IMG/VR virus record: IMGVR_UViG_3300050821_004803
Location: 1,113 to 65,112 of that record
Source of the DNA: a virus
Taxonomy: Duplodnaviria > Caudoviricetes
Length of the DNA stretch: 64,000 nt
Direction: 5' to 3' (one strand)
In this document: in pieces, positions 46,401 to 56,236 of the stretch
Numbering within the stretch: the stretch's first letter is position 1
Layout of the letters: each line of letters opens with the position of its first letter
The notes under the pieces: generated by a model
Seen by the model: only the letters and a program-made list of their open reading frames with translations
What the model was told of the DNA's origin: nothing
Database searches by the model: none
Position numbers and translations under genes: made by a program

Positions 46401-46459
46401 TTGTTTCCTTTCAAAGTAGAGAGGGGCTACAACCCCAGGCCATAACCCCTCTCGTCTAT

Positions 46460-46681
46460 TTACGAACCTGTCTGATCTGCGCCACCATACATCCCGTTGG
46501 GTTCGCCGGGCGAAGAGGCCCCGCCAGCTCCAGGAACGGTGCCGTTATCAACAATAGGAACGTGGGGCGTAATAGGACTACGCATACCCATGTCCCGCTT
46601 CTGGTCAAGCATCCCGTGACCCATCGCACGATGAATTTCATGAACCTCGTGGTCTGGGCGGGACTGTTCAAACTTACTCAT
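46460..46681 (-). CDS. hypothetical protein
   Basis: AAGGAG RBS before ATG 46681 (MSKFEQ...). Confidence 0.6.
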   Translation of the reverse strand: MSKFEQSRPDHEVHEIHRAMGHGMLDQKRDMGMRSPITPHVPIVDNGTVPGAGGASSPGEPNGMYGGADQTGS

Positions 46682-46683
46682 AG

Positions 46684-46845
46684 TTATTCTCCTTCGGCCC
46701 CGGTGCAACAAGCAATGCCTTCAGCATTCCAGTAGATATCGTGGGTCGTTGTTTTGTCTTGCTGCTCTTCTTCTACGGCTATAGGTGCTGTTGGAAACCA
46801 AGTGACAGCATCTTCGTCCGTCCTGTCCTTACCAATGAATCCCAT
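46684..46845 (-). CDS. 53-aa acidic hypothetical protein (not in ORF track)
   Basis: AAGGAG RBS; MGFIGKDRTDEDAV... Confidence 0.55.
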   Translation of the reverse strand: MGFIGKDRTDEDAVTWFPTAPIAVEEEQQDKTTTHDIYWNAEGIACCTGAEGE

Positions 46846-46856
46846 AGTCTCTCCTT

Positions 46857-46887
46857 AAAAGGCGGGGGCCATTAAGACCCCCATCCT
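46857..46887 (-). terminator. terminator after the major capsid gene
   Basis: Minus strand GGGGGTC-TTAAT-GGCCCCC...TTTT. Confidence 0.6.
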
Positions 46888-46889
46888 AG

Positions 46890-47903
46890 TTAGTTATTGA
46901 CCGAGGAAGCTCCAGCAGAGCGAACCTTATAAATCCAGGTCTGGTTGGTGATGATGGTCTTGAAAGCAAACTTCCAACCCATCTTACGAGACTGCTGCAG
47001 GGGATCGGACTGCCCGCCCGGAGCAACCACATATACCTTGAGGTTCTGGAGGTCACTAATCTGATAGGCGTGCTTCGCAATTGCAAAGGCGCTATAGATT
47101 TTGTTGGCCGCACCAGAAGTCGCCTGCGTAGTCGCTGCGAATGCCGGAGCGTTGGAACGAACTACTCGGAAGCCCGCCAGCTGATCCACCTCGCCACGCC
47201 AGATTTTATCGGGCGCAACAAGTTGGTGAGAGGCTTTATAGTCGGGATCTTTCAGGATGGAAGCATACGCCTGAGACGCAGTGACAAGAACATAGTCACC
47301 GGAGTCCATAGGGCGTCCGCCAGCATCATTAAGAAGCGCATCCAAAGCAACCAAATCAGCATAACCAATAGTGTCGGAAGCGGTAAGAGTGGCATCGGAA
47401 ACCTTGCCGTTGGGGTAGTAAACGGAAGTTGCGGCGTTAAGCACATTAAAAATCAACTGATCGTAGACTTCAGCTGCCTGAAGGGACAGAAGATACATGG
47501 TCTTCTGAACAATCGGGTGCTTTGCAGTTAGTTCTCCGAGATCGGAGATACGGGAGAGGAAACCGTACTGTTCAGCTACCGCGTCAAACTGATTTAGAGT
47601 AAGACCGACAGCATCCGGCGCAATTCCTTCCGTAAGCTGTACGGGAGATGCCGGGGTAACAAACTTCTCTTCACGAACAAACTGAATCGTTTTCGAAGAG
47701 TTACTTGGAATTGGTGCAAGCTCCCCAAACTGGTTGAGGATGGTGTAAAGCTCCGCAACTTCCAGAAGCTTAGCAGAAAAGTAAGTCTGAAGGTCGGCAG
47801 CCACGTTACCAGCAACTCCAGCCGTGCCCGTAGTTACGGTCACAACGTCAGCGCCGAAGCCCACCAAGCTTAGAGCAAACCCAAAAATTTTGTTAAAAAG
47901 CAT
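46890..47903 (-). CDS. major capsid protein (N4-gp56-like family)
   Basis: IPSNSSKTIQF, LTEGIAP, QYG, GEVDQLAGFRVV, SDPLQQSRKMGWK. Confidence 0.9.
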   Translation of the reverse strand: MLFNKIFGFALSLVGFGADVVTVTTGTAGVAGNVAADLQTYFSAKLLEVAELYTILNQFGELAPIPSNSSKTIQFVREEKFVTPASPVQLTEGIAPDAVGLTLNQFDAVAEQYGFLSRISDLGELTAKHPIVQKTMYLLSLQAAEVYDQLIFNVLNAATSVYYPNGKVSDATLTASDTIGYADLVALDALLNDAGGRPMDSGDYVLVTASQAYASILKDPDYKASHQLVAPDKIWRGEVDQLAGFRVVRSNAPAFAATTQATSGAANKIYSAFAIAKHAYQISDLQNLKVYVVAPGGQSDPLQQSRKMGWKFAFKTIITNQTWIYKVRSAGASSVNN

Positions 47904-47919
47904 TAGATTACCTTTCGGA

Positions 47920-48753
47920 TTAAAACCGAAGGTTTTCCACACCGCGAGCTTCCTGCTCTTCTATAATTGCCTTACGACCTTCCTTTGTGTAAAAGGAGGG
48001 TTGTGCAGCCCTAGTAGTAGGAGGAGGTGTTGCGGGAGTTGAAGTTACCGTCGGTCGCGCCACAACAGGAGTGGTTGATCCACTCACAGGTGCGCTTTTC
48101 GGCAGGTTCCTTCCGGCTGACGCATCAACCGCCATACGATAAAGTTGTGCAAGGTCTCCAGATCGCTCCGGATACTGCTCTGAGATCTGGATACTTTGTT
48201 TAAGCAACGGAAAAGCGTCTAGCGTTTTCTGATAAGCTTCTGAATGCAAAAACTTCCGAATTTCCGGAACTTCCTGCTCCAATCCTTCAATCGCCTGCGA
48301 TTTAACCACAGAAGCAATGATGGGGGCATAAGGGGCCAGACGTTCATCGACGAATTTACCTTGTACCTTCAGAAGTTCATCCTCATTCTTAGCACTCTTG
48401 ATATCCTCAAAATATTTCTTAGGATTAGCAATATAGCTAATTAACGCTGGATCATCCTGTTGCTCAGACTTTTTCTTAAGCGGGTCGTTGTTGGTCGCCT
48501 CAAGAACTTTCTGCCTGAGTTCGGCAATCAACGCATCTTTGTGCTCGATTCCCTTGACTGCATCATCTACCGTTTTATAAACCGTTCCCGTTGCTGTCTT
48601 TAGGAGAGGTTCAGCCTCGACTGGAGTTACTTCAGTTGCGGTCTGCGGTTGGGTTACTGCGGTGGGTTTGACTTCCGGATTTGCGAAAATCTCATCTAGC
48701 GTAAGATCACTAGGAGCATCGTCGAAATTGAAGTCTGCGGGTGTTACTGACAT
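47920..48753 (-). CDS. capsid scaffolding protein
   Basis: Helical, acidic N-terminus; immediately upstream of the capsid gene. Confidence 0.7.
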   Translation of the reverse strand: MSVTPADFNFDDAPSDLTLDEIFANPEVKPTAVTQPQTATEVTPVEAEPLLKTATGTVYKTVDDAVKGIEHKDALIAELRQKVLEATNNDPLKKKSEQQDDPALISYIANPKKYFEDIKSAKNEDELLKVQGKFVDERLAPYAPIIASVVKSQAIEGLEQEVPEIRKFLHSEAYQKTLDAFPLLKQSIQISEQYPERSGDLAQLYRMAVDASAGRNLPKSAPVSGSTTPVVARPTVTSTPATPPPTTRAAQPSFYTKEGRKAIIEEQEARGVENLRF

Positions 48754-48801
48754 GTGCTTTCCTTGTGGGATTTCATGTTAAAATTAGGTCTTGTGAACCT
48801 A

Positions 48802-49185
48802 TTAGACGCTCTCATAAAGAGCGAAAACTTTGTCGAACTCGACTTTCTCATAGGGCTTCGCAAGTGCCGCCCTAACTTCGGACTTTTTGGCAATAGCCCG
48901 ATTTACCTCAGCCTCGTCATAACCTATCCAATAAATACCCAACTGAAGACGATCATAGTCTCGGAGCGTGTCCTGGGGTTGTTCGAGCTTGGCGCGTAAC
49001 GCAGCCTTTTGAAGGCGCTTACGATTCATTAAAGTTACGAAACCGGGATGGTTGATAAGGGAACGAACTGACTCTTCATCGTCAATATTTTCATTAAATC
49101 TCTTTTCAACTTCGACTACAAGAGGTGTGTTAGAGCTAAACCACCAGGCCCTAACCCCTCTAAACCATTTCTTAATGTGGAACAA
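48802..49185 (-). CDS. hypothetical protein between portal and scaffold
   Basis: SLINHPGF motif; position typical of podovirus head operons. Confidence 0.65.
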   Translation of the reverse strand: MFHIKKWFRGVRAWWFSSNTPLVVEVEKRFNENIDDEESVRSLINHPGFVTLMNRKRLQKAALRAKLEQPQDTLRDYDRLQLGIYWIGYDEAEVNRAIAKKSEVRAALAKPYEKVEFDKVFALYESV

Positions 49186-51295
49186 CGCCCATTCCTTCTA
49201 GCCCCAAAGCATTCGCGCCCTGTTGCTGTCCAGTTAATTTTGCTTCTGAGAGAGAATCTGCGCCTGGTATTTTCCCCTCATGTTGCACATGAGGAGGCCG
49301 TCCACCCCTATCTTTAAGTCCACCAGAGGGGTTTGGCCTGGTGGCACTACTCACTTTTTTTGAGGCACCACCAGACCCGCCCCCACGCCCCAAACCAAGT
49401 TTGGCGTGCGCTTCAGCAATTGCAATCTGGGATTCGGTTTGAACTACTTCCTGCATCAACATTTCGCGACGTTGTTCTTGCATCGCCTCCTGTTGTTCCA
49501 TTTGGACTTCCTGGTCACTCTTCAGGAGTTCGTCGATATTCCTGATTTCCATAACCTTACCAAGTTCTCGGAGACCCTCACCCTGACGCCAGTAGGGAGA
49601 CTGAGCAGCTTGAGCCATAAAAGCCATGAGGTTGCGCTGTCGTACTGTTTTGGAAGTGGCATAGTTGGCTGCAACAAGATTGAATTCAAAATTTCCTATG
49701 ATGGACTGGGGATCAATCACCTGCCATTTAGGGATTGCCGGACCAGCGGGGTTCTTGGTAATCAGAACCTCCTCTTGGTCTGTCATAAACTGCTGTATCA
49801 TGCTTGCGCACATAAACAACAGGGGTTGGAGGATGTCCACTTCGAGATTGCGAATGAACATTTTAAAACGAAAGTTGCTTTCGTTGATTACGCTGGAAAT
49901 ACCGGTAGCCGTTTTATTGTTAGTCGGGCTTCCAGAACCCTTCGCATAAAAGTCCGACACTCCAGAGGTCATCTCAATCATGCCCTTGTAGAGGTCTAAA
50001 ATTTCATAGTCTCCCGCGCTAGGAGTAAAAATCGGGAGAGGGAACAATACCTCGCCGGGATTGCCGTTAACAGGCACTTTCCCACCGGGGACGTTCATTT
50101 GATTCAGAGCTTCATGGTCGATATCGGCATTAACATCGTAGGCAAATCGTCGATTGATTCCCAAGTTCCAGTTGTCCGTGACCATGTTAACAAATTTGTT
50201 GAGAGACTCATTAAGATCGGAGATGATCTCCACCCCACCAAGTCCGTATAGTTCATTTGGGAGCTTGATGAAGCTGGTATGGAGAATGGCGTTCCGCTGA
50301 TGGTCAAAAGGATTAGGCCCATGCCAAAGTACCTCATTACCTTCGTAAATTTTTCTTTTATAAGCGGACAAATTTGTTGCACGGAAGCTTGCTCGAAGAT
50401 CCTTCCAAGCCATCGCTTCTTTGTCATCTCCAAAGGCGATAGTAGTAACTGTGCCTTCGTAGACATTCCATAGTTCGGCGTAACGAATAATTACGCTCTC
50501 GTAGTCATCAGGACAAACAACTTTCAATCGAGCTTCGATACGAGCCATTGCATCAGGATAATAAAGCGGCTGTCCCTTTGCCTGGGTATACGCTTCATTC
50601 TCCCGTTTCATTTCGATCCAGGTGCGCTCGGTTAGTTGGGCAAGAATACCCCCATCCGGATCACACATTAAATCATAAACATCAATAGGAGTAATTCTAG
50701 GACAAGCCATCGGTACAGCGAAGGGCTTAATTGGCCCCATCTGCATGGCTGGCTGACCGGTGGAAGGATCAATAACAGGTTGACCATCTTGACCCGTTAT
50801 CGGAACCATCGAGGGCTTTAGAACTGTTTTAAAATCCCAATTCCAATCAACCTTAATTCCACCATGACCGTAGATGACAATGTTACGAACCAGCGACTCA
50901 AAAGCATCAAGTAGGTTAGCCTCTTGGAGTTTCTTCAAGAGAATCAAACTCATTGCATCGGAAGCCGCGTCGTCAGCCTGTGTTGCCCCGTCAACTTCAA
51001 ACCACGGATCAAATGAAAAGAACGCATCCATCACACGGGAGACAATAGTCTCAACGTTTGATAGCGCGTAAGGGACAAATGTATTAGCCCGGTTAGTTAC
51101 ATTATCCGGGAATTTTTGTGCGTCTCGCTGGCCCACATACTGTCTATAGAATGTGGCTCTTCGCTGGTCGTATTGCCGACGAAAGTCAAGCATACGAACC
51201 AGATATTTGAGAACCTTACTACGAAGCAGGGCATCTGCCGGATCTTCCGGGTTGGATACACCAGCATTAACAGGATCGGGTCTTAGATTTAGCAT
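49172..51295 (-). CDS. portal protein (P22-like)
   Basis: 707 aa; YGHGGIKVDW, ELYGLG, TATGIS, Gln-rich C-terminal barrel. Confidence 0.9.
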   Translation of the reverse strand: MLNLRPDPVNAGVSNPEDPADALLRSKVLKYLVRMLDFRRQYDQRRATFYRQYVGQRDAQKFPDNVTNRANTFVPYALSNVETIVSRVMDAFFSFDPWFEVDGATQADDAASDAMSLILLKKLQEANLLDAFESLVRNIVIYGHGGIKVDWNWDFKTVLKPSMVPITGQDGQPVIDPSTGQPAMQMGPIKPFAVPMACPRITPIDVYDLMCDPDGGILAQLTERTWIEMKRENEAYTQAKGQPLYYPDAMARIEARLKVVCPDDYESVIIRYAELWNVYEGTVTTIAFGDDKEAMAWKDLRASFRATNLSAYKRKIYEGNEVLWHGPNPFDHQRNAILHTSFIKLPNELYGLGGVEIISDLNESLNKFVNMVTDNWNLGINRRFAYDVNADIDHEALNQMNVPGGKVPVNGNPGEVLFPLPIFTPSAGDYEILDLYKGMIEMTSGVSDFYAKGSGSPTNNKTATGISSVINESNFRFKMFIRNLEVDILQPLLFMCASMIQQFMTDQEEVLITKNPAGPAIPKWQVIDPQSIIGNFEFNLVAANYATSKTVRQRNLMAFMAQAAQSPYWRQGEGLRELGKVMEIRNIDELLKSDQEVQMEQQEAMQEQRREMLMQEVVQTESQIAIAEAHAKLGLGRGGGSGGASKKVSSATRPNPSGGLKDRGGRPPHVQHEGKIPGADSLSEAKLTGQQQGANALGLEGMGVVPH

Positions 51296-51600
51296 TAAGT
51301 GCGGCTAACGATACTCAGGTTAAACGAGGATGCAGCAGCGGCAAAGACGGCAATCGCAGTGTTGGTACCCATATCAAACAATTCGACGGTGTTAGCCGGA
51401 AGATAGATGTCTTGAGCTGTAGCCGTCGTGATGGAAGAGTCACCAAAACGAATGTTAACGGCAACTGTCGCAACTACTCGAATAACAACATTATTCCCCA
51501 ATTGAAAAACACCAACAGCTCCCGTTCCAATAGCGGTGGTAGAGGAGCCGGTTCCAGAATCAGAACCTCTAAAAATCGGAATAAACAAGGGTGTTGCCAT
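51295..51600 (-). CDS. small beta-rich virion protein
   Basis: IRVVAT..VNIRFG....AT..DIYLPANTVE pattern. Confidence 0.6.
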   Translation of the reverse strand: MATPLFIPIFRGSDSGTGSSTTAIGTGAVGVFQLGNNVVIRVVATVAVNIRFGDSSITTATAQDIYLPANTVELFDMGTNTAIAVFAAAASSFNLSIVSRT

Positions 51601-51914
51601 TAATTAGACTCCACTTTAACTTCGGCATGACGAAGTGCTTGAAAATCCCACCGACCAGCCTCAACCTCTTCAACAACCTTATGGAGCACCTCGTCCAGTT
51701 CATCCAAACGCTGTGCTCGCTTATCAGGCGGAGTGGTAGCTAGATCGTGGAAATACATTACAAAGCAGCATTTTGGGCAACCCATGTGAGGTTTCTCCCC
51801 AACGGTACCCGCTTTAGATGGGCCAAAATACATATGGGTTCCGCAATAAAGCGCAACCTTTTGGGGGTCCACCACTTCGTTAAGATAATCTTGCTGTTCT
51901 TTCGTCAGAGCCAA
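51600..51914 (-). CDS. hypothetical protein (CxxH...CxxC)
   Basis: TAATG coupling to the next gene. Confidence 0.6.
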   Translation of the reverse strand: MALTKEQQDYLNEVVDPQKVALYCGTHMYFGPSKAGTVGEKPHMGCPKCCFVMYFHDLATTPPDKRAQRLDELDEVLHKVVEEVEAGRWDFQALRHAEVKVESN

Positions 51915-52182
51915 ATAATTGCCTCAATTGAAATGCGAAAAGAGTAGTTCTACAACCCAACATAAAGGTCATCAACCAAAGATGGTTATGACAAACAAGG
52001 ATAACGCCCACAGTAGGAATCAAAACACTGGTAAAGATTCCTTCGGCTATACCGAACTTTAAAGCAGCCCACCTTGCAAATGGGTTAAGCTCTGCTTCGA
52101 TTCCTATGTGGGGAAGACGTTTGGCGGTAAACCAAACATCAAATAAAGCAAACGACAGATACAACAAAACCGCTACAAACAT
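51880..52182 (-). CDS. membrane protein (DUF5658-like)
   Basis: Three hydrophobic segments; D..FT......ELNPF motif. Confidence 0.6.
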   Translation of the reverse strand: MFVAVLLYLSFALFDVWFTAKRLPHIGIEAELNPFARWAALKFGIAEGIFTSVLIPTVGVILVCHNHLWLMTFMLGCRTTLFAFQLRQLFGSDERTARLS

Positions 52183-52625
52183 CAGAGACGCGCTAAAGTA
52201 ATCTCAAGAACACAGTTAGCGAGACCTGTGAGAGTTCCCGAAAGAACAATTCCCAACCTATCAAGCGCCTGCAGCTGGGTCCCAGAAGTTCCACCTGTAG
52301 TAATAATATTACTAGGGGCGGTACTCTGAACCGTGTTTGCAGTCCCGTTAAGAGCCATTGCAGTCGTCAAGATCGCAATACCAGAACCGGGTGCAGTCGT
52401 ACCCGTAAGACGCTCAAGGTTAACAGTTGCACCAGAACCACCGGCAACAGCGTGAACCTCACGAACAGCAATGACGGCATAGTTAGACGGGCAGATAAAC
52501 ACATACTCTGTAGTGGCCGAACTAGCCGAAAGGTTAACTACCTGATGAACGGCATTGAGGATCTTATTAGGTCCGCAATATGACGCATCACCAAGGTACG
52601 CGATTTCACCTCTAAAAAGACTCAT
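52182..52625 (-). CDS. beta-rich virion (cement/decoration-like) protein
   Basis: GGAGAG RBS; A/G/T-rich beta composition. Confidence 0.6.
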   Translation of the reverse strand: MSLFRGEIAYLGDASYCGPNKILNAVHQVVNLSASSATTEYVFICPSNYAVIAVREVHAVAGGSGATVNLERLTGTTAPGSGIAILTTAMALNGTANTVQSTAPSNIITTGGTSGTQLQALDRLGIVLSGTLTGLANCVLEITLARL

Positions 52626-52637
52626 GTATTCTCTCCC

Positions 52638-52985
52638 TTACTTGAGGATGAAACCAGCGAAAGTCAGAGTATTTGCAGAGGTTCCTGCGCCGGAAAGATT
52701 AACCGTGCAACCGGTGTTGGTGATAGCAGACACAAGAACTGCAGGAACGGTAACCCCAGCCTGAGTTCCACCAGTAATAGCGATAGTTACCCCACGCGGA
52801 GTAAACGGAAGAGTATTAGTACCGTCGATAAAATTAAGGGTGAAAGACGTGCTTGAACCGTCCAGGATTGCCGTAGCAAGAAACACATAAACGAGTTCTG
52901 CCTTGCTACCACCATCAGCAAGAATCTGCCCGCTCGCGACGGGTCCCTGATTGAAATAACTTGCATTAACTGCTGTAATTGCCAT
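52638..52985 (-). CDS. beta-rich virion protein
   Basis: AAAGGA RBS; LPFTPRGV...VSAITNTGCTV pattern. Confidence 0.6.
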   Translation of the reverse strand: MAITAVNASYFNQGPVASGQILADGGSKAELVYVFLATAILDGSSTSFTLNFIDGTNTLPFTPRGVTIAITGGTQAGVTVPAVLVSAITNTGCTVNLSGAGTSANTLTFAGFILK

Positions 52986-53186
52986 TCTTTTTTCCTTTAA
53001 TTGGAGATTCTATTGCTGAGAGGGGTTTGGCCTGGTAGATATTGGATCACCCCCGATTACTCGCCTCGTTCGAACATTTCGTCTGTTGGACATCCACTAG
53101 CAAACCAGATTGCGTATACTGTATCTGGGCTTAACTTCGTGTAGGCTTTCAGTATTTCTAAAAGTTCTGGACTAAAGTAAATCGGA

Positions 53187-54722
53187 CTAGCTGTAGCTGT
53201 TATTTGGGTTGTACGTTGAGCTTCCGGTTCCATGTTTGTTTCCTTTCGGTCTCGTTGAAAGGAGGTACTGTGTTGCGTTGATAAGGTGGTCGTTCTTTTT
53301 TTGGGGTTTGTCTTTCGATGTACCCTTCAAAGGTCCCTTACCATAGAAGTCCCACGAGTAGGCTTCTATCTCTGCTAAAAATTCAGGCTGTTCTCCGACA
53401 ATGAAAAGTTTTGGGTTCCTACTGTTTGCGTCAAGAGTTGCTGATAGATACTCCTGCATCGTGTCTCGTCCGAAATCCTCGGCCCGAGGTGCCAAACGGA
53501 CGGGAACATTTGCATCTCTGTAAAGCATGAAACCCTGTTTGTGAGTTTCAGCGTTTCTAGCAACTCCCCAGTAGGGGTCCAGCAACCAGGTGTCGATCTT
53601 GTCTCCTGCACATCGCACGAGCATGTTCTTGGCGTGGTCACTAACAATTAGATCCCTTTCGTAATACACCCGATAGATATAAACGTCATTCCTTGGGGAG
53701 ATGGCCGCCCACACAGCAGCCGTTGTCCCCGTTGCCGCCGGATCAATGGAAACAATACGTCGCCAGTCCGGGGGCAGACTTTGTTTCTTTAGGACATGCT
53801 TATCGCGGTCCCATTGAGAATATACAAGTCCCGCTCGTCTGATAAACTCTCCGCGTAGCCGAGCACCCTCTTCAACATGCCCAGCCCACTTTTGCTTCAT
53901 CAAAACTTTTTCAGCTTCGGGTATGAAGGGGTTGTTCAAGCTATTGAGGCTAATGAACACCACATCCTTGCGGATACCCTTTAGAAATTCTTTGTGTAGC
54001 TCATACACCCAGGGCTTCTTTGAGCCAGAACCCACATCATTTAGCGGGGTGAGGGTTATGAGAATCTTTCCAGCGCAATCAAGAGTTCGCTGGAACAACT
54101 CATCGAACACATCTTCGTCACATTCTTCATCAATCCAAACCAGATCAACTGAAGCCGATTGCATTTTCTCGCGCCCGGAGTCTGCGGACTTACACGTCAG
54201 AGAGGATTTTCGTCCATTGACATCAACCTGTATCTGGAATTCTGAATCTGACACTCGGACAATGTAAGGGCTAGGAGGAGAAGGTAGTAACCCCGGATGC
54301 TGGTGTCCCCTTCGGAGTTTCTCGTTCCAGATAACATCGCGGATAACCGAGAAATCAAGCCCCACTGCCCACACGTTACATCCATGTTCGGGAATCGGAA
54401 GGTCTTTTACGTACCGCCAACTTGGTTCATCCCTAAAGTATTCTTTGCCCATGAGCCATGCCACGGCCATGAACGCCCCACGTTCGGTCTTTGAGGAGCG
54501 GTTACCACCGATGAACCCGAAGATTTTGACATCTTCTGTGAATCTGGCAAAGTCTTGTTCAATACTGTCAAAGAAAATCCTGTAGTCCGGGTTTGGATCG
54601 CTACTCCAATACTTCGCGTAGTGTTGCTGCTGACGACGTTCTTCTAGTGCATATATCGCAAGTAGGGCATCTTCAACACCGTAACCCGCGAGTTTTTGAT
54701 AGGCTTGTTCAAGATCGGCCAT
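53187..54722 (-). CDS. terL: terminase large subunit
   Basis: Walker A GGNRSSKT, Walker B VWIDEE, TLTP, RNase H SIDPA, DHLINATQY. Confidence 0.93.
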   Translation of the reverse strand: MADLEQAYQKLAGYGVEDALLAIYALEERRQQQHYAKYWSSDPNPDYRIFFDSIEQDFARFTEDVKIFGFIGGNRSSKTERGAFMAVAWLMGKEYFRDEPSWRYVKDLPIPEHGCNVWAVGLDFSVIRDVIWNEKLRRGHQHPGLLPSPPSPYIVRVSDSEFQIQVDVNGRKSSLTCKSADSGREKMQSASVDLVWIDEECDEDVFDELFQRTLDCAGKILITLTPLNDVGSGSKKPWVYELHKEFLKGIRKDVVFISLNSLNNPFIPEAEKVLMKQKWAGHVEEGARLRGEFIRRAGLVYSQWDRDKHVLKKQSLPPDWRRIVSIDPAATGTTAAVWAAISPRNDVYIYRVYYERDLIVSDHAKNMLVRCAGDKIDTWLLDPYWGVARNAETHKQGFMLYRDANVPVRLAPRAEDFGRDTMQEYLSATLDANSRNPKLFIVGEQPEFLAEIEAYSWDFYGKGPLKGTSKDKPQKKNDHLINATQYLLSTRPKGNKHGTGSSTYNPNNSYS

Positions 54723-54730
54723 TTAAAATT

Positions 54731-54840
54731 TGGAGCCTTCTCTCCGGCTGTCACACCACTCTTTAACGGGTAGCCCGGAAGCAGGTGTCGCTTATTAGAG
54801 GATTACCTGGCACTTTCACCTTAGGAGTGTAGTAGCCCCA
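54731..54840 (-). ncRNA. small structured RNA, possibly C4-antisense-like
   Basis: Minus strand GGGGCT-ACTACACTC...GAGTGGTGT-GACAGCCGGAGAGAAGGCTCCA. Confidence 0.35.
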
Positions 54841-54852
54841 GGCTAAACCCCT

Positions 54853-55326
54853 CTAACTTGGAAAACTATAAACGCACTTACCAATCAAATACGGAGACAA
54901 ATGAAGTGTTTCCGGAGTCACAAGGTTCGAGTATTCTGAAAGAACGTTCAACATTTGTAGTCCACCAGCCAAAGCCGATTCAAATACGAACATACTACAA
55001 ATTTCCGTTCCTTCGGAAGATAAATTCTTGTGAAGAAACAACCCCGCAATATCTTTGAAGTCGTAAGGAGTACCAATTTTGGATCGCGCAAAGGCCATCA
55101 TTTTGGTATATTGATCGTCGGCTACTGGAATTTCATATCGACGCTCACGGGAAACCTTAGTATAGTCAGCGGGTCGTTCTTGAACCCCGCCTTTTGCATG
55201 AGCACCGATATAAGAACCCGTCTCGGTGATAATTTCAACGTGAGACCACTCCGAGAATGTTACTAGTCGAATCGCATCTGATATCGGATCGGATTCGGTT
55301 ATAAATCGAATCTTAAATAAAGCCAT
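54853..55326 (-). CDS. permuted papain-like NlpC/P60 (YiiX-like) protein
   Basis: WSHVEI, IGTPYD, EICS, VTPE. Confidence 0.8.
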   Translation of the reverse strand: MALFKIRFITESDPISDAIRLVTFSEWSHVEIITETGSYIGAHAKGGVQERPADYTKVSRERRYEIPVADDQYTKMMAFARSKIGTPYDFKDIAGLFLHKNLSSEGTEICSMFVFESALAGGLQMLNVLSEYSNLVTPETLHLSPYLIGKCVYSFPS

Positions 55327-55327
55327 C

Positions 55328-55756
55328 TTAGGTAGCAGGGGTAGACGTAACTGTGGTTCCGGCCCCAAAAGAATTCAACAGATCAGCAACCGAACTCGTG
55401 ATAGCGGTGAGAGCGGAATTATAAAGCGCCAGATTTGCTGGAGTCTTACCCGCAAATAACGGATTCGAGAGAATCGCCTGCTCCACACCAGGAACCGCAG
55501 CGACAAGTTTCTGTGCGCCGGTACCCGAACTTGCCCCAACCGCAGTAGCGACTTGTTCCACACCAACCACAGAACCCAGGATCGCATTAAATGTGTTAAT
55601 TCCGACAGCTGCACCGGGATTAGAAGCAGCCACGACACTCTCAACTGCACCCGCAGCCGGAGCCAACGCTGCTTCAATCTGAAGAGCCTTAGCAGCTCCC
55701 GTGGTGAAGAAGCTACCAAGCTTCTGTAGAAACGTTTTTACGGCAGAAACAGACAT
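55328..55756 (-). CDS. Ala-rich hypothetical protein
   Basis: AAGGAG RBS; amphipathic helices, GAQKL. Confidence 0.65.
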   Translation of the reverse strand: MSVSAVKTFLQKLGSFFTTGAAKALQIEAALAPAAGAVESVVAASNPGAAVGINTFNAILGSVVGVEQVATAVGASSGTGAQKLVAAVPGVEQAILSNPLFAGKTPANLALYNSALTAITSSVADLLNSFGAGTTVTSTPAT

Positions 55757-56185
55757 TTAGTTCTCCTTAGAAATCGTGGACGGCTCAAATTTCTTCCTGA
55801 GCTGCGCCAAATCTTTTGCTGAAAGGTCTTGAAAGATATTAACGTTGGCGTTGTCGCTAGTCCAACCTTTGAGTTTTGCCAACTGGATAATTCCATTTAG
55901 CGCTTTGTCTTCTTGGCCCTTTTCAATCAGCTTGATAATCGCGAAAATAGCCATACCCTCAGCAGCAGTCTTTGACATGCTAGGATCGTTGGCTAGTTCC
56001 TTGTAGTAGATATTTCGACGAACCCGGTAGGTTTCTTGGAATGCCTGTGTGCGCAAGACATTCTCACATTCCTTCTGGGTAAGACCCAAATCCTTCCGAC
56101 AAGTATAATTAAACATAGACACGCCCTCTCGAATCATCGAGTCGGCGCAGTCACTATACCAGTGTTCGGTAGGTTTAATAGGCAC
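55757..56185 (-). CDS. terminase small subunit (probable)
   Basis: Helical 142 aa; ALNGIIQLAKLKGW; upstream of terL and just downstream of the promoter motif. Confidence 0.6.
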   Translation of the reverse strand: MPIKPTEHWYSDCADSMIREGVSMFNYTCRKDLGLTQKECENVLRTQAFQETYRVRRNIYYKELANDPSMSKTAAEGMAIFAIIKLIEKGQEDKALNGIIQLAKLKGWTSDNANVNIFQDLSAKDLAQLRKKFEPSTISKEN

Positions 56186-56203
56186 TTTTTGGTCTTTGTG
56201 CTA

Positions 56204-56234
56204 TATTAGTATCCACAAGGGCCGTAAATACAAC
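56204..56234 (-). promoter_or_regulatory. putative phage late promoter GTTGTA-N15-GATACTAATA
   Basis: Points into the terS-terL-portal operon; same boxes as 15099 and 58239. Confidence 0.75.
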
Positions 56235-56236
56235 AT

